Under the pieces are notes generated by a model. It did not search any database and was not told the origin of the DNA. It saw only the letters and a program-made list of their open reading frames with translations. From positions 62,001-126,000 of the forward strand of contig JBDRRP010000009.1 of NCBI GenBank assembly GCA_043825735.1: DNA of 64,000 nt, given 5' to 3'. Shown here piece after piece: positions 36,977 to 47,389 of the stretch. Origin of the DNA: Pseudomonadota bacterium. Lineage in GTDB: Bacteria; Desulfobacterota; Desulfobacteria; Desulfobacterales; JBDRRP01. The stretch's first letter is position 1, and every line of letters starts with the position of its first letter. The position numbers and the translations under genes are program-made.

Positions 36977-37140
36977 TGGCGGCCTCGTCCAAACTGTGAT
37001 TTGCGCTTGTCAGGTGCCCGGTGTATCATAGGCAGCGATATTGTGCAACGCGCATGGGGGTGGGTGCCCCTTCCGGCGCTGAAGGTTGGCGCGTTGTCAA
37101 AGTCTTGGTGCCGGGCGTGTCCCGGAAGCGGTGATGGTGC

Positions 37141-37180
37141 AAAAAAAACACCGTTTTCATTGGGATGAAAACGGTGTTTG
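37141..37180 (-). terminator. Rho-independent terminator of tRNA-Ala
   Basis: AAACACCGTTTTCAT-TGGG-ATGAAAACGGTGTTT hairpin with an A-run on the left (U-tail on the minus strand). Confidence 0.85.
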
Positions 37181-37189
37181 CACTCGAGG

Positions 37190-37265
37190 TGGTGGAGCTG
37201 AGGGGGATCGAACCCCTGACCTCATGACTGCCAGTCATGCGCTCTCCCAGCTGAGCTACAGCCCC
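37190..37265 (-). tRNA. tRNA-Ala (anticodon GGC)
   Basis: GGGGCTGTAGCTCAGCTGGGAGAGCGCATGACTGGCAGTCATGAGGTCAGGGGTTCGATCCCCCTCAGCTCCACCA; 76 nt, G3:U70 pair, TTCG loop, encoded CCA. Confidence 0.98.
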
Positions 37266-37563
37266 GATGTGTTACGGGCAACTAACAGATCTCTTTTAGG
37301 GTGTCAACGAGAAATTGACGCCGGAAGCGCGCCGCAGCGCCGACAGTGCTCATTATAAGCGAATTGTGAAAAGGGGGCGTGCCGCGGAAATGGTTGACAA
37401 ACGCCGGGAAAGAAAATAGCTATTTCCGTTTAATGGTTTAAACCATTGATCCTGCGCTTCTTTAAGTGTTTTGTCGCCCGCAGGCGGCCGCCTTCCGTTG
37501 GGGGAGGCGTCAACGGGCAGGTGGTTGTCGGTACAACACGGTAAATGCGGGAGTTATTTTTAT

Positions 37564-39462
37564 ATGTTAGATTTTATGCGAAAAAATGCTGGTGCGTGGG
37601 CTGTCAAGTTTATCCTTTTTGCCATTATCGTCGTGTTCACGTTCTGGGGTGTGGGAAATTGGCAGGCTGACCGGATCAACCGTGTGGCTACCGTGAATGG
37701 GGAGCCGATCCCGGTTGAGGCTTACCGTATTGCTTACGGCAACATGCTCGAACGATTGCGACAGCAGTTCGGAAATAATCTCAGTGATGATCTGCTGAAG
37801 ATGCTCAAGGTTGAAGAACAGGCCCTGAACCAGTTGATCGATCAGAAGCTGCTCGTGTCCGAAGCATTGCGGCTGGGTCTGCGGGTGAGCGACGAAGAGC
37901 TGGCCGGCGTCATCCGCTCGGTCCCGGCATTTCAGGCTGGCGGTGTTTTCGATCCCGGTCGGTATCAACGGGTGCTCGAGGCCAATCGGCTTAACCCTGA
38001 AGCCTTCGAGCGTGAGCAGAAGAATACCATGCTTCTCAACAAGCTGCGGGTGCTGACCACCGGTGGTATCACGGTATCTGATCTGGAAGCCAGGGTCTGG
38101 TACGACTGGCAAAACCGGGAGGTCTCGATCTTGGTCGCGGCATTCCAGCCGGATACGTTCAAGGATATCAAGGCAACAGATGACGAGATCACTGCCTTCT
38201 ATGAAGCCCATAAGGAAGACTACCGGACCCAGCCCATGGTCAAGGCCGCCTATCTGCGTTTTGGGTTTGAAGACTACCGCGCTCAGATAAAAATCTCCGA
38301 TGAAGACGTCGGCGAATACTACAGGGCCCATTTAACCGAGTTTGAAAGCCCCAAGACGGTCAAGGCACGTCATATTCTGCTAAAGCTCGATGCCGATGCC
38401 GCTGAAGAGGATGTCGAGTCGGTGCGCCAGCGGGCGGTCGCAATCGAGCTCAAGGCCAAGACCGGTGAGGATTTCGCCACGCTGGCACGGCAGTACTCGG
38501 AGGGGCCGACTAAAGCCAATGGCGGCGACCTGGGGAGCTTTAAAAAGGAGGACATGGTGGCACCGTTTGCTGATGCGGCGTTTGCCATGAACCCGGGCCA
38601 GGTCAGTGAGCCGGTCCGCACCCGATTCGGCTGGCACATTATAAAGGTGGAAGCCGTCAATCCGGCTGTTACGGTGTCTGAGAAAGATGCCTCTGATCGT
38701 ATTCGCAGCATCCTTACCCGTGAGCGGGCCAAGCAGGCCGCCGATACCCAGGCCCAGAAGGCTTATGATGTCTCCTACGAGGGGGACGGGCTTCAGGCAG
38801 TGGCTTCAGCTCTGGGGTTCACGATAGAGACGACGCCGCCTTTTGACCGTCAGGGGGCAGGCAGCAATGTCACCAACCCGCAGGCGTTTGCCGCAGCCGC
38901 TATGGCCCTCGAGGTCGGTGAAATCAGTGATGTCGTTGAAACCGATACCGCCGATTACTTGATCCAGCCGGTAGAGAAAATCCCCGCTCAGGATCGCCCA
39001 CTGGCATCGGTAAAACAACAGGTGGAAAATGATCTGTTGGCAAAAATGCGTAAAGACAAAGCAAAGGCCGCAGCCGATGGGTTTTTAACGGCCGTGAGAT
39101 CGGGGACCGCTTGGGACGCCGCCGCGGCAGATTCCGGCGTCGGGGTTAAGGAAACCGGTTATTTCAAACGCAATGCCGCTATTCCGGATGTCGGTTATGA
39201 TAAACCGATGGTCGATGCGGCCTTTGTGCTGAGTGATAAAAGCCCGCTGCATGATGGTGTGCTGGAGGTCTCCGGAGTCTACTACGTGATCCGGTTCAAC
39301 GCCGAGCAGCTCCCGGGCGACGCATCGTTCGAAAAAGAGAAAAAGACCGTGGCCAGCGGGCTGGTGCAGCAACGTCAGTCGGCCGCTTTCCAGGAACTGC
39401 TGCGGCAGCTGAAGGACGCGGCCGAGATCACCATTTCAGAAGGATTCAAGAAGACAGCGTAG
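37564..39462 (+). CDS. ppiD: PpiD-like membrane-anchored periplasmic chaperone/PPIase (SurA N-terminal + parvulin)
   Basis: MLDFMRK with N-terminal TM; VATVNGEPI; KARHIL...FATLARQYSE...GGDLG.F...TRFGWHIIKV rotamase. Confidence 0.9.
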   Translation: MLDFMRKNAGAWAVKFILFAIIVVFTFWGVGNWQADRINRVATVNGEPIPVEAYRIAYGNMLERLRQQFGNNLSDDLLKMLKVEEQALNQLIDQKLLVSEALRLGLRVSDEELAGVIRSVPAFQAGGVFDPGRYQRVLEANRLNPEAFEREQKNTMLLNKLRVLTTGGITVSDLEARVWYDWQNREVSILVAAFQPDTFKDIKATDDEITAFYEAHKEDYRTQPMVKAAYLRFGFEDYRAQIKISDEDVGEYYRAHLTEFESPKTVKARHILLKLDADAAEEDVESVRQRAVAIELKAKTGEDFATLARQYSEGPTKANGGDLGSFKKEDMVAPFADAAFAMNPGQVSEPVRTRFGWHIIKVEAVNPAVTVSEKDASDRIRSILTRERAKQAADTQAQKAYDVSYEGDGLQAVASALGFTIETTPPFDRQGAGSNVTNPQAFAAAAMALEVGEISDVVETDTADYLIQPVEKIPAQDRPLASVKQQVENDLLAKMRKDKAKAAADGFLTAVRSGTAWDAAAADSGVGVKETGYFKRNAAIPDVGYDKPMVDAAFVLSDKSPLHDGVLEVSGVYYVIRFNAEQLPGDASFEKEKKTVASGLVQQRQSAAFQELLRQLKDAAEITISEGFKKTA

Positions 39463-39685
39463 ACAGGCATGGGTCCGTCCGTGGTCTTCGGATCCCGTTT
39501 TTTTCTGACCATGCGTCGCCGCCCGGGCCGCGCCTCGGCCCGGAGCCGCGGTCTCAATTTGTACTCAAGATTCTACCCGGAAGGCCGATTTATTGGTCGA
39601 GTCGTTAGATCACCAAAAACTTTCCAAGCCGAACCCCCGCATCTGAGCCGCCGGGTATGCCGGGGTTCCCAGAGTCAGAGTAGCC

Positions 39686-39925
39686 ATGAACGAAAATATG
39701 GATGAAAAGAAACCCGGGAAAATGACCCATGCCAACAAACGCTGTCCGTTTTGTGGGGCGTATTTAAAACCCACTGTGGCCCGCTGTGACAGCTGCCGAC
39801 GAAAAGTGGGGCCGCCTGACAGGCACGGAACAGCCAAAAAGCCCGTAGACTGGCGCGCCTATGTGAGCGCTTTTGTGGCCGTTGGCGCTTTCTGCTATTT
39901 TCTCTACTATCTTTCGCTGAACTGA
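39686..39925 (+). CDS. Small zinc-ribbon membrane protein (hypothetical)
   Basis: 79 aa; CPFC-x9-CDSC and a C-terminal hydrophobic helix. Confidence 0.6.
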   Translation: MNENMDEKKPGKMTHANKRCPFCGAYLKPTVARCDSCRRKVGPPDRHGTAKKPVDWRAYVSAFVAVGAFCYFLYYLSLN

Positions 39926-39926
39926 T

Positions 39927-40083
39927 GGCTGTTTCCAAATTAGGATTTTGGTTCAAGGTCGCCGCGTCCGTGAGGTTCCGACCGGAGGTCCGCCGCGGCC
40001 GATCGAGGATCGGAACCGATCGCCCAACACAGAGACTTATCCGCCTCTGGCGGATTGGGCCCAAAGACAATTTCGAAACAGCC
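39927..40083. mobile_element. ~157 bp MITE-like element (family E)
   Basis: TIR GGCTGTTTCCAAATT / AATTTCGAAACAGCC (14/15); internal motifs shared with 59989-60132. Confidence 0.75.
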
Positions 40084-40351
40084 CCTAGTGACCATTCACA
40101 GATGGTCTTCGTTCGCTGACGACGTACCCGCGCTTTTGAAATCCTTGGATGACGCCGATTGCTTCGGCCGCCTTCGCCGCCAATCCCTGCAAATAGAGCG
40201 TCCTTTGGGGAGGCGGGAGATAGCGCCAGGGCCGTTTCCGGGATTTCCTATGACTGCGCTTGCGGTCACGTTCAGCCAAAAACTGTATCCCGCCCCGATG
40301 AGATGAGTATCCGATACGCTGATATTTATCTGTCATAATTGAAGAAATTGT

Positions 40352-40379
40352 TTGACAATCATTTCCGCCTATATATATT
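40352..40379 (+). promoter_or_regulatory. Putative sigma70 promoter of the histone-like gene
   Basis: TTGACA (40352-40357), 16 bp spacer, TATATT; strong AAGGAGG RBS downstream. Confidence 0.55.
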
Positions 40380-40440
40380 ACTTTACTATTGCACCCTGTG
40401 CCTTCCTACTGTCACCCCCCAAAGAAGGAGGAAAAGTACG

Positions 40441-40905
40441 ATGAGCAAATTGAAGGAACAGCTGACGGCCATAGTCAAAGGATTGACTGCGCTGGCTAAG
40501 CAGGTCGACCGCGTATCCAAAGCACTCGCCAAACTTGAGACCGCAGCGGCGAAGAAAAAAGCCCCTGCAAAGAAGGCGGCTGCCAAAAAAGCGCCACGGA
40601 AAGTTGCGAAGAAAGCGGTTAAGGCGAGAGTGAAAAAGGCTGCCCCAAAGAAACCCGCCGCCAAAAAAACGGCTAAAAAGGCTGTCGTCAAAAAGGCCGC
40701 CCCTGAGAAACCTTCCGCCGCTGGAGCGGCTACGGTTCTGGACGCCGTCCTCGACGTTGTGTCAAAGAATAAAAACGGCGCCAGCATTGCCGAGTTGAAA
40801 GAGAAAACGGGGCTCGAATCCCGCCAGTTGAGCAATGCGCTTTATAAGCTGACCAAGCGCGGGAAGATCAAAGCCCAGGCCCGAGGCCTCTACGTCAAAG
40901 CGTAA
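40441..40905 (+). CDS. Lys/Ala/Pro-rich histone-H1-like protein with N-terminal coiled coil and C-terminal winged HTH
   Basis: AAGGAGG RBS; repeated AKKA/PKK motifs; C-terminal GASIAELKEKTGLESRQLSNALYKLTKRGKIK..RGLY wHTH. Confidence 0.8.
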   Translation: MSKLKEQLTAIVKGLTALAKQVDRVSKALAKLETAAAKKKAPAKKAAAKKAPRKVAKKAVKARVKKAAPKKPAAKKTAKKAVVKKAAPEKPSAAGAATVLDAVLDVVSKNKNGASIAELKEKTGLESRQLSNALYKLTKRGKIKAQARGLYVKA

Positions 40906-40940
40906 CGGCCCCACCCAAACGGCGCATCATAGTGCTTCAC

Positions 40941-40980
40941 AACGCCCCCGGCTCGAATTGGCGAGCCGGGGGCGTTTTTT
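40941..40980 (+). terminator. Rho-independent terminator
   Basis: AACGCCCCCGGCTCG-AATTGG-CGAGCCGGGGGCGTT followed by a T run. Confidence 0.9.
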
Positions 40981-41165
40981 GTCGTTGCCCCCCGTTTTGC
41001 CGGTGGTCGTTTACTCCGGCGCACCATGAATATGGGTTCCGCGCCGTGGCGGTTGCCATTGGCGTATCCTGCCTTATTTTTTGTCCTTAGGTCTGTGGTG
41101 GGCTGGCGCGGCCGTCATGAGACGGACCCCGGCTTGAGCAAAGTCCATGCTGTGGAGATTAATAG

Positions 41166-44057
41166 ATGAATGGTCGCATCCTTCCAGTCCACGTATTGTA
41201 TGAGCGGCTGATGTCCATTCGGTCCGTCGTCCGGTCCGTCGTGTTGACCGGTGCCCTCATTGTTTTACCGGCTATGGCCGCCCATGGCAGTGAAACGCCG
41301 CCGCCGAACAGCCTCCCGGCGGTCACCGATCTCATGCCGGCACCCGAGCTTCATTTTGGGACCCTGCCCAATGGGTTTCGATACATTTTGCAGCAACACG
41401 CGTTGCCCGCAGGCCGCGTCAGTATGCACCTCAACGTCCAGGTCGGCGCGCTGCATGAGGCGGATGACGAGCGCGGTCTGGCCCATTTTCTCGAACACAT
41501 GCAATTCAATGGCTCCACCCATTTCCCGCCCGGCGAACTGGTGAAGTACTTTCAGCGGATCGGCATGGATTTCGGCCCGGATGCCAACGCACACACCGGC
41601 TTTGATGAGACCGGATATGACATCCTGCTGTCGAAAAACCGGCCTGAGGATATCCGGGAAGGGTTGGTCGTACTCAGCGACTACGCCCAGGGAGCGCTGC
41701 TGCTGCCAGAGGAGATCGAACGCGAGCGGCGGGTGGTGCTTGCTGAAAAACGAAGCCGCGATTCGGTCTCATACCGCACTTTTGTGAAGACACTGGGCTT
41801 TGAGTTCCCCGGGACGAGGCTCCCGCAACGGATGCCCATCGGTGAGCGTGAGGTGATTGACCGTGCGGACCGTGAAATGATCAAGCGCTTCTACGATGCC
41901 TGGTACCGTCCGGAGTTGATGGTGGTGGTGGTCGTGGGGGATATCAATATCTCCGAGACGGCCGCCGCGATTGCCGATGTCTTCGGCCGCATGACCCCCC
42001 GGGCGCCTGAGCGAGCGTTTTCGGGTATCGGATCGTTTCAGCATGAGGGTGTCAAGGTTTTCTACCATTACGAACAGGAGGCGGGGGAGACGACCGTGCG
42101 GCTGGAAGTGGTCACCCCTGGAGAAATGGTTCCGGATTCCCGTCAACGCAGAGCGCGTCGATTCACCGCTGAAGTGGCCGATCGTATCGTCCGGGACCGG
42201 TTGAATGCCTTGCTCGACAAACCCGAAACGCCCTTTACCGGGGCCGCGATATCCTCGGGCACTTTTCTTAAATCAGTCGATTATGCCGAAATCTCAGCAG
42301 AGTGCGATCCTGAGAAATGGTCGCAGACGCTGGCCGCCATTGAACAGGTGTTACGCCAGGCGCTTGATTTTGGATTCAGCGCCCGCGAATTAGCGCGTGC
42401 GAAAAAAGATATCGCGGCCGAGCTGGACCAGGCGGTTCGGCAGATGCCGACACGACTCAGCCAGGCGATCGCCCGGGGTGTTCTCCGCGATATCAATCAG
42501 GACCGGGTGCCGTTGTCGCCGGAGCAGACGCGGGCGCTCTATGAACCGATTTTGGATAAGTTGACACCGGAGCAGGTGCTGGCCGCCTTTCGCCAGACCT
42601 GGCGTCCGGATCACCGTCTGGTATTTGTCACCGGCAATGCGGACCTGTCGAAAAATGGCGCAGACGCCGCAGGTGCCCTCGAGCGCGCTTACCATTCGGC
42701 GACGCGTGCGCCGGTCCAACGCCTCGAAGAAAAAGCGCTCCAGGTATTTCCCTACCTGCCCGTGCCCACCGTCGAGGGCGCCATCGCCGAAGAAGACACT
42801 GTTGCCGATATCGGCATCACACGGCTCACGCTCGCCAACGGGGTACGGGTCATGATCAAACCGACCGATTTCAAGGCCGACGAGATCCAGGTGCGGGTCT
42901 CCTTCGGCCCCGGTCGCGCCGGTGTTCCAGCCGATCTGCCCGGACTCGGGGTCTTCGCTGAAAGCCTTCTTAACGAAAGCGGTGTCGGCCGCATGACCCG
43001 GGATGAGCTTGAAGTCGCTTTGGCCGGAAAGAATCTGTCAGCCTCGTTTGCCGTGAAGGAAGACCGCTTCGTGCTCGACGGGCGCACCGGCAGTGAGGCG
43101 TTGGAGCTCTTGCTGCAGCTTCTCACCACCCGGCTGCTGGATCCGGCCTTTCGGCCCGATGCCGCCCAACTGGTCAAGGCGCGCTATGCCCAGGAGTTCC
43201 GCGCCGATGCGGCCTCTTTCCGGGGGGCCATGCGCATCTGGGGATACCGGCAGCTGGCCAGTGGAGACCCTCGGTTCGGCATGCCTGCCGCGGATGTCTT
43301 TGCCTCCAGAACCATCGCCGAGGTTAAACACTGGCTGTTGCCGTTTTTCAGAAACGCTCCGCTCGAAGTGGTGATCGTGGGTGATGTGGATGCCCGGCAG
43401 GCCGCCCATCTCGCCCGTCGATATTTTGGTTCGCTCGAGGCCCGCACCGAGGCGCCGAGGTCCGTCGTCGGGGTCTCGTTTCCAACCGGTAAACGATACG
43501 ACACGCCGTTGGCCACGCGTATCGATAACAGCCTTCTGGTGCTGGCCCTGCCCACTGCCGACGCTTGGGACATCTCACAGACGCGGCGGTTGTCGATACT
43601 GGCGGAGGTGATCAGTGAAAAGCTTCGTGTGGTCGTGCGGGAGGCCCTCGGTGCGACATACTCGCCATTTGCCGTCAATCGGGGTAGCCGGGCATATGCT
43701 GGCTACGGCACTTTGATGATCTTTACCGAAGTGGCACCCGGTGATGCCGACCGGGTGGCCGCCGCGATCAGATCCATGCTCGAAAGGCTGGTTAAAGAGG
43801 GCGTCTCAGACGATGAACTTCGGCGCGCAGTGGATCCCGTGCTCACCGGCATCCGCGACATGCAAAAGCAAAACAGCTACTGGACCGACACCGTTCTCGC
43901 AGGGGCCAGTCGGCACCCGGAGCAGTTGGACTGGTGCCGGAGCATCGCTGATGATTATGCGGCCATCACCGCCGCGGAAATCAACTCCCTGGCCGGCCGA
44001 TACCTGTCATTACCGCGTGCCGCGACGCTATTCTTTTATCCTGACAGGCAATCGTAA
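41166..44057 (+). CDS. M16-family zinc protease (PqqL-like, two-module insulinase)
   Basis: Signal peptide; GLAHFLEHM inverted zincin, DANAHTGFDET, LANGVRV and VREALGATYS. Confidence 0.93.
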   Translation: MNGRILPVHVLYERLMSIRSVVRSVVLTGALIVLPAMAAHGSETPPPNSLPAVTDLMPAPELHFGTLPNGFRYILQQHALPAGRVSMHLNVQVGALHEADDERGLAHFLEHMQFNGSTHFPPGELVKYFQRIGMDFGPDANAHTGFDETGYDILLSKNRPEDIREGLVVLSDYAQGALLLPEEIERERRVVLAEKRSRDSVSYRTFVKTLGFEFPGTRLPQRMPIGEREVIDRADREMIKRFYDAWYRPELMVVVVVGDINISETAAAIADVFGRMTPRAPERAFSGIGSFQHEGVKVFYHYEQEAGETTVRLEVVTPGEMVPDSRQRRARRFTAEVADRIVRDRLNALLDKPETPFTGAAISSGTFLKSVDYAEISAECDPEKWSQTLAAIEQVLRQALDFGFSARELARAKKDIAAELDQAVRQMPTRLSQAIARGVLRDINQDRVPLSPEQTRALYEPILDKLTPEQVLAAFRQTWRPDHRLVFVTGNADLSKNGADAAGALERAYHSATRAPVQRLEEKALQVFPYLPVPTVEGAIAEEDTVADIGITRLTLANGVRVMIKPTDFKADEIQVRVSFGPGRAGVPADLPGLGVFAESLLNESGVGRMTRDELEVALAGKNLSASFAVKEDRFVLDGRTGSEALELLLQLLTTRLLDPAFRPDAAQLVKARYAQEFRADAASFRGAMRIWGYRQLASGDPRFGMPAADVFASRTIAEVKHWLLPFFRNAPLEVVIVGDVDARQAAHLARRYFGSLEARTEAPRSVVGVSFPTGKRYDTPLATRIDNSLLVLALPTADAWDISQTRRLSILAEVISEKLRVVVREALGATYSPFAVNRGSRAYAGYGTLMIFTEVAPGDADRVAAAIRSMLERLVKEGVSDDELRRAVDPVLTGIRDMQKQNSYWTDTVLAGASRHPEQLDWCRSIADDYAAITAAEINSLAGRYLSLPRAATLFFYPDRQS

Positions 44058-44165
44058 GGCCCTTACAAGGGCTGTTGCTCACCCGTCTTCGATCTGGTAT
44101 GGACACGATCTCATGGGCGCTCGCTGCGCCGCGATAACGCTTTCAGGAAGGAAAAACAAAAGCAA

Positions 44166-45521
44166 TTGAACGGGTTATGGAAATTTTTTGCCTCGGTGAG
44201 GTTGACGGTCGTCCTGCTGCTGTCGCTGGCAGTCACCTCTGTATTCGGCACCCTCATCCCCCAGAACGAGAGCCCCGCCGCCTATGTGCAGACATACGGA
44301 GAACGGGGCTACAGACTTTTGGCGGTGCTGGACCTTTTCGACATGTACCATGCCTGGTGGTTTCAGCTCCTGTTGATACTGCTGACGGCCAATATCGTTA
44401 TCTGCTCCATTGACCGGCTTCCCGGATCGTGGAAGCTGGCGCGCCGAAAGCCCGGACGTATCCACGTGGATCGATTTCGCAAGACGGATACCAGCCGGGT
44501 GCTGACCCTGACCGCCTCTGTTGATGATCTCCGCAACCGGAGCATTTCCATTCTTAAAAAACAGATCGGGGTTGTCACCGTCGAACCGGGCGACAACGGT
44601 GTGGTACTGTTTGCCGAGAAGTGGCGCTGGAGCCGACTCGGGGTTTACGCGGTTCACCTGAGTATCGTGCTGCTGCTCACGGGCGGCATCATCGGCTCCC
44701 TGTTCGGATTCGAGGGCTTCGTAAACATCCCCGAAGGGGAGGCGCGCGGCGTGATTCACCTACGCAGCGACGCCCGCCAGACGCGGCAATTGGATTTCGA
44801 AATCCGCTGCGATGATTTCGATGTGAGCTTTTACGACACCGGCCAGCCCAAAGAATACCGTTCGGATCTGACGCTGCTTAAAAACGGCGTGCCGGTATTC
44901 CAGAAGCGCATTGTGGTCAACGATCCGATCCGTTTCGAAGGCGTCAACCTTTTCCAGTCCAGCTACGGCCAGATTCCCGGCGATACCTTGGTTCTTGGCT
45001 TTACCAGCAATGAGACCGGAATGACCTACCGGGAAAAGGTCCAGGTGGGTGGTGAGGTGACGCTCCAGGAGAATCTTGGCACATTTCGCCTGATCGGGTT
45101 CAACGAGGAGGCGAATTTCAAGGGACACCCTATCGGACCGGCGTTCACCGGTGAAATCAGTTCGCCAGGGGCGGACCCTCAAGCGGTGTTGCTCCCGGTG
45201 CGGTTTCCCGGCTTTGACCGGATGCGCCAGGGGGCTGTCACCGTATCGATCGTCGAGCAGGGGGAGCGCTACTATACCGGACTTCAGGTGACGCGGGATC
45301 CCGGGGTGTGGGTCGTTTACGCAGGGTTTGTCATGATGATTCTGGGCTGCGTGGTGACCTTTTTCATGTCTCACCAGCAGATGTGCATTGCCATCACCGA
45401 CACCGAAGATGGGGTGGAGGTCATGGTGGGCGGCATTTCCAATAAAAACCCATTCGGCATCTATCGGAAAGTGGAGCGGATCGTTGAAGCACTCGACCGC
45501 GATCCGGCAGCATCGGTATGA
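44166..45521 (+). CDS. resB: Cytochrome c biogenesis protein ResB/Ccs1 (system II)
   Basis: FFASVRL, GTLIPQ, DMYHAWWF, CSIDR, VHLSI, VNDPI, QSSYG and GLQV.RDPG motifs. Confidence 0.93.
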   Translation: MNGLWKFFASVRLTVVLLLSLAVTSVFGTLIPQNESPAAYVQTYGERGYRLLAVLDLFDMYHAWWFQLLLILLTANIVICSIDRLPGSWKLARRKPGRIHVDRFRKTDTSRVLTLTASVDDLRNRSISILKKQIGVVTVEPGDNGVVLFAEKWRWSRLGVYAVHLSIVLLLTGGIIGSLFGFEGFVNIPEGEARGVIHLRSDARQTRQLDFEIRCDDFDVSFYDTGQPKEYRSDLTLLKNGVPVFQKRIVVNDPIRFEGVNLFQSSYGQIPGDTLVLGFTSNETGMTYREKVQVGGEVTLQENLGTFRLIGFNEEANFKGHPIGPAFTGEISSPGADPQAVLLPVRFPGFDRMRQGAVTVSIVEQGERYYTGLQVTRDPGVWVVYAGFVMMILGCVVTFFMSHQQMCIAITDTEDGVEVMVGGISNKNPFGIYRKVERIVEALDRDPAASV

Positions 45522-45573
45522 TAGAAGCCGGCATTTCGGGGTCGTTTGACCGCCGGGACGAGGCAGCAAGACC

Positions 45574-46419
45574 ATGAACAGCTCACTGATATTGTCCGTC
45601 GTCACTTTCATTTACGGGGCCGCCGCGTTTTTGTACATTGCCATGTGGGTGTTCAAGAAACCGGTCATCGGAAAGGTTGCCACATGGACATCCGTGGCCG
45701 CTGTTGCCGGTAATGCCGCCGGGTTGCTGTTGCGGTGGTCCGAATCGTACACGATGGGCATCGGTCACGCCCCGCTTTCAAACCTCTATGAATCACTGTC
45801 GTTTTTCGCGTTCACCATCGCCACCATTTATATGATCGTAGAAATACGACTGCGCACCCGTATCATGGGGGCATTTACCATGCCGCTCGCGTTTCTCGCC
45901 ATGGCATACGCATCGCTGTCTCCCAATATCAGCGATCGGATTCAGCCGCTCATTCCCGCGCTTAAAAGCAACTGGCTCATCGCTCACGTCATGACCTGCT
46001 TTGTCGGGTATTCCGCCTTCGCCATCGCCTTCGGCATCAGTTGGATGTATCTGGCCAAACTGCGCTATCAGGACACTCAAAACGGCCTTTTCGGGAGACT
46101 CCCGGTCTCCGGCCTCCTCGATGAGCTGAATTACCAGTTGGTGGTTTTCGGGTTTTTGTTTCTCACCGCAGGGATCATCACCGGTGCCGTCTGGGCCAAT
46201 TCCGCCTGGGGGCGCTACTGGGGCTGGGACCCCAAGGAGACCTGGTCGCTGATCACCTGGTTCGTCTACGCAACGCTCTTGCACGCAAAGCTCATGCGCG
46301 GCTGGAGCGGGCGACGTGTCGCCTACCTCACCATTCTCGGATTCATGGCTGTTTTGTTTACCTATTTCGGCGTCAATCTTCTCCCCGGACTGCACAGTTA
46401 CGGCGCTATCGCCAGATGA
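45574..46419 (+). CDS. ccsA: Cytochrome c biogenesis protein CcsA/ResC (system II)
   Basis: HAPLSNLYES, PALKSNWL..HV, WWD motif WANSAWGRYWGWDPKETW and GLHSY. Confidence 0.95.
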   Translation: MNSSLILSVVTFIYGAAAFLYIAMWVFKKPVIGKVATWTSVAAVAGNAAGLLLRWSESYTMGIGHAPLSNLYESLSFFAFTIATIYMIVEIRLRTRIMGAFTMPLAFLAMAYASLSPNISDRIQPLIPALKSNWLIAHVMTCFVGYSAFAIAFGISWMYLAKLRYQDTQNGLFGRLPVSGLLDELNYQLVVFGFLFLTAGIITGAVWANSAWGRYWGWDPKETWSLITWFVYATLLHAKLMRGWSGRRVAYLTILGFMAVLFTYFGVNLLPGLHSYGAIAR

Positions 46420-46649
46420 TTTCCCCCTTGACAAAAGGGGGCACCTCACGGTAATGAACCGCAAATTATTTTCCCGTCAAACGGCGCATCCCCAGGGTTC
46501 TGAGAGAAAATAGGGGGCAGTAACCTCTCAAAGACCAGTGTTCACGGGGAGAGGCCTTTTGTCTTTCCACCCACACCGCGGGTGGAAGGGCTTTCAATTC
46601 GGATTTTTAGAAGCCGAAACCACCATCTTATCACCGTGACGGAGTGCCC

Positions 46650-47312
46650 ATGAGTACCGCAGACGAAAAAGCGCATGCCGAGCCCGCGGATGCCGCCGAT
46701 GACGCCGGTGGCCCCATCATCCTGTTTTTTCTCCTAGGACTTGCCCTCAGCATGGTGCTGGGGTGGGTCATTTTCCCCAAGTTGCTTTACTCCCAGAAGA
46801 CACAGCCCGTCGATTTTAACCACAAGCTCCATGTGGGAGAGGTCGATGACGGGTGTCAGAGCTGTCATTATATCCGGGAGGACGGCACTTTTTCCGGCGT
46901 TCCTAAACTGGATAATTGCCTCAATTGCCACGAGGATCTCATCGGAGAGACGGAAGAAGAAGAAAAGTTTCACTCCGATTTCGTAGCTAAAGGTCGGGAG
47001 GTCCCCTGGTTGATCTATTCACGCCAACCCGACTGCGTGTTCTTCTCTCATGTTGCACACGTGAAGATGGGGAAAATGGATTGTGTTTCCTGCCACGGCG
47101 AGATCGGCGAATCCGAGCACACGCGCGTTTACGAAGAGAATCGTATCACCGGGGTCAGTCGGGACATCTGGGGCCGTAACATTGCAGGTATGAAGAAGTA
47201 CTCCTGGGATAGCATGAAGATGGCTGACTGCTCGGAATGCCACGTGGCCAACAATGTCAAGCAAAACAGTGTTCAAACCCACAAGGGCGCCTGTTTCGTG
47301 TGCCACAAGTAG
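46650..47312 (+). CDS. qrcA: Membrane-anchored multiheme cytochrome c QrcA
   Basis: One TM helix; five CxxCH motifs (CQSCH, CLNCH, CVSCH, CSECH, CFVCH); QPVDFNH and QPDCVFFSH. Confidence 0.92.
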   Translation: MSTADEKAHAEPADAADDAGGPIILFFLLGLALSMVLGWVIFPKLLYSQKTQPVDFNHKLHVGEVDDGCQSCHYIREDGTFSGVPKLDNCLNCHEDLIGETEEEEKFHSDFVAKGREVPWLIYSRQPDCVFFSHVAHVKMGKMDCVSCHGEIGESEHTRVYEENRITGVSRDIWGRNIAGMKKYSWDSMKMADCSECHVANNVKQNSVQTHKGACFVCHK

Positions 47313-47389
47313 CCCGGATTCGCAGTTGATGAACGAACTGATCGGCCGATTGCCGAAATTCATAAGAGGTTAACCTGAGGGGTACTTCA

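Noticed and set aside
36305..37265. tRNA-Ala as integration site of an island, or the cyclase as a Pycsar defence system
   Set aside because: No integrase, no duplicated tRNA 3' end seen by eye, and no cNMP-binding TIR or TM effector gene next to the cyclase.
46420..46640. Riboswitch or Rex operator upstream of qrcA
   Set aside because: A TTGACA and short stems (TTCCACCC/GGGTGGAA) are present, but there is no recognisable riboswitch core or TTGTGAA-N4-TTCACAA site.
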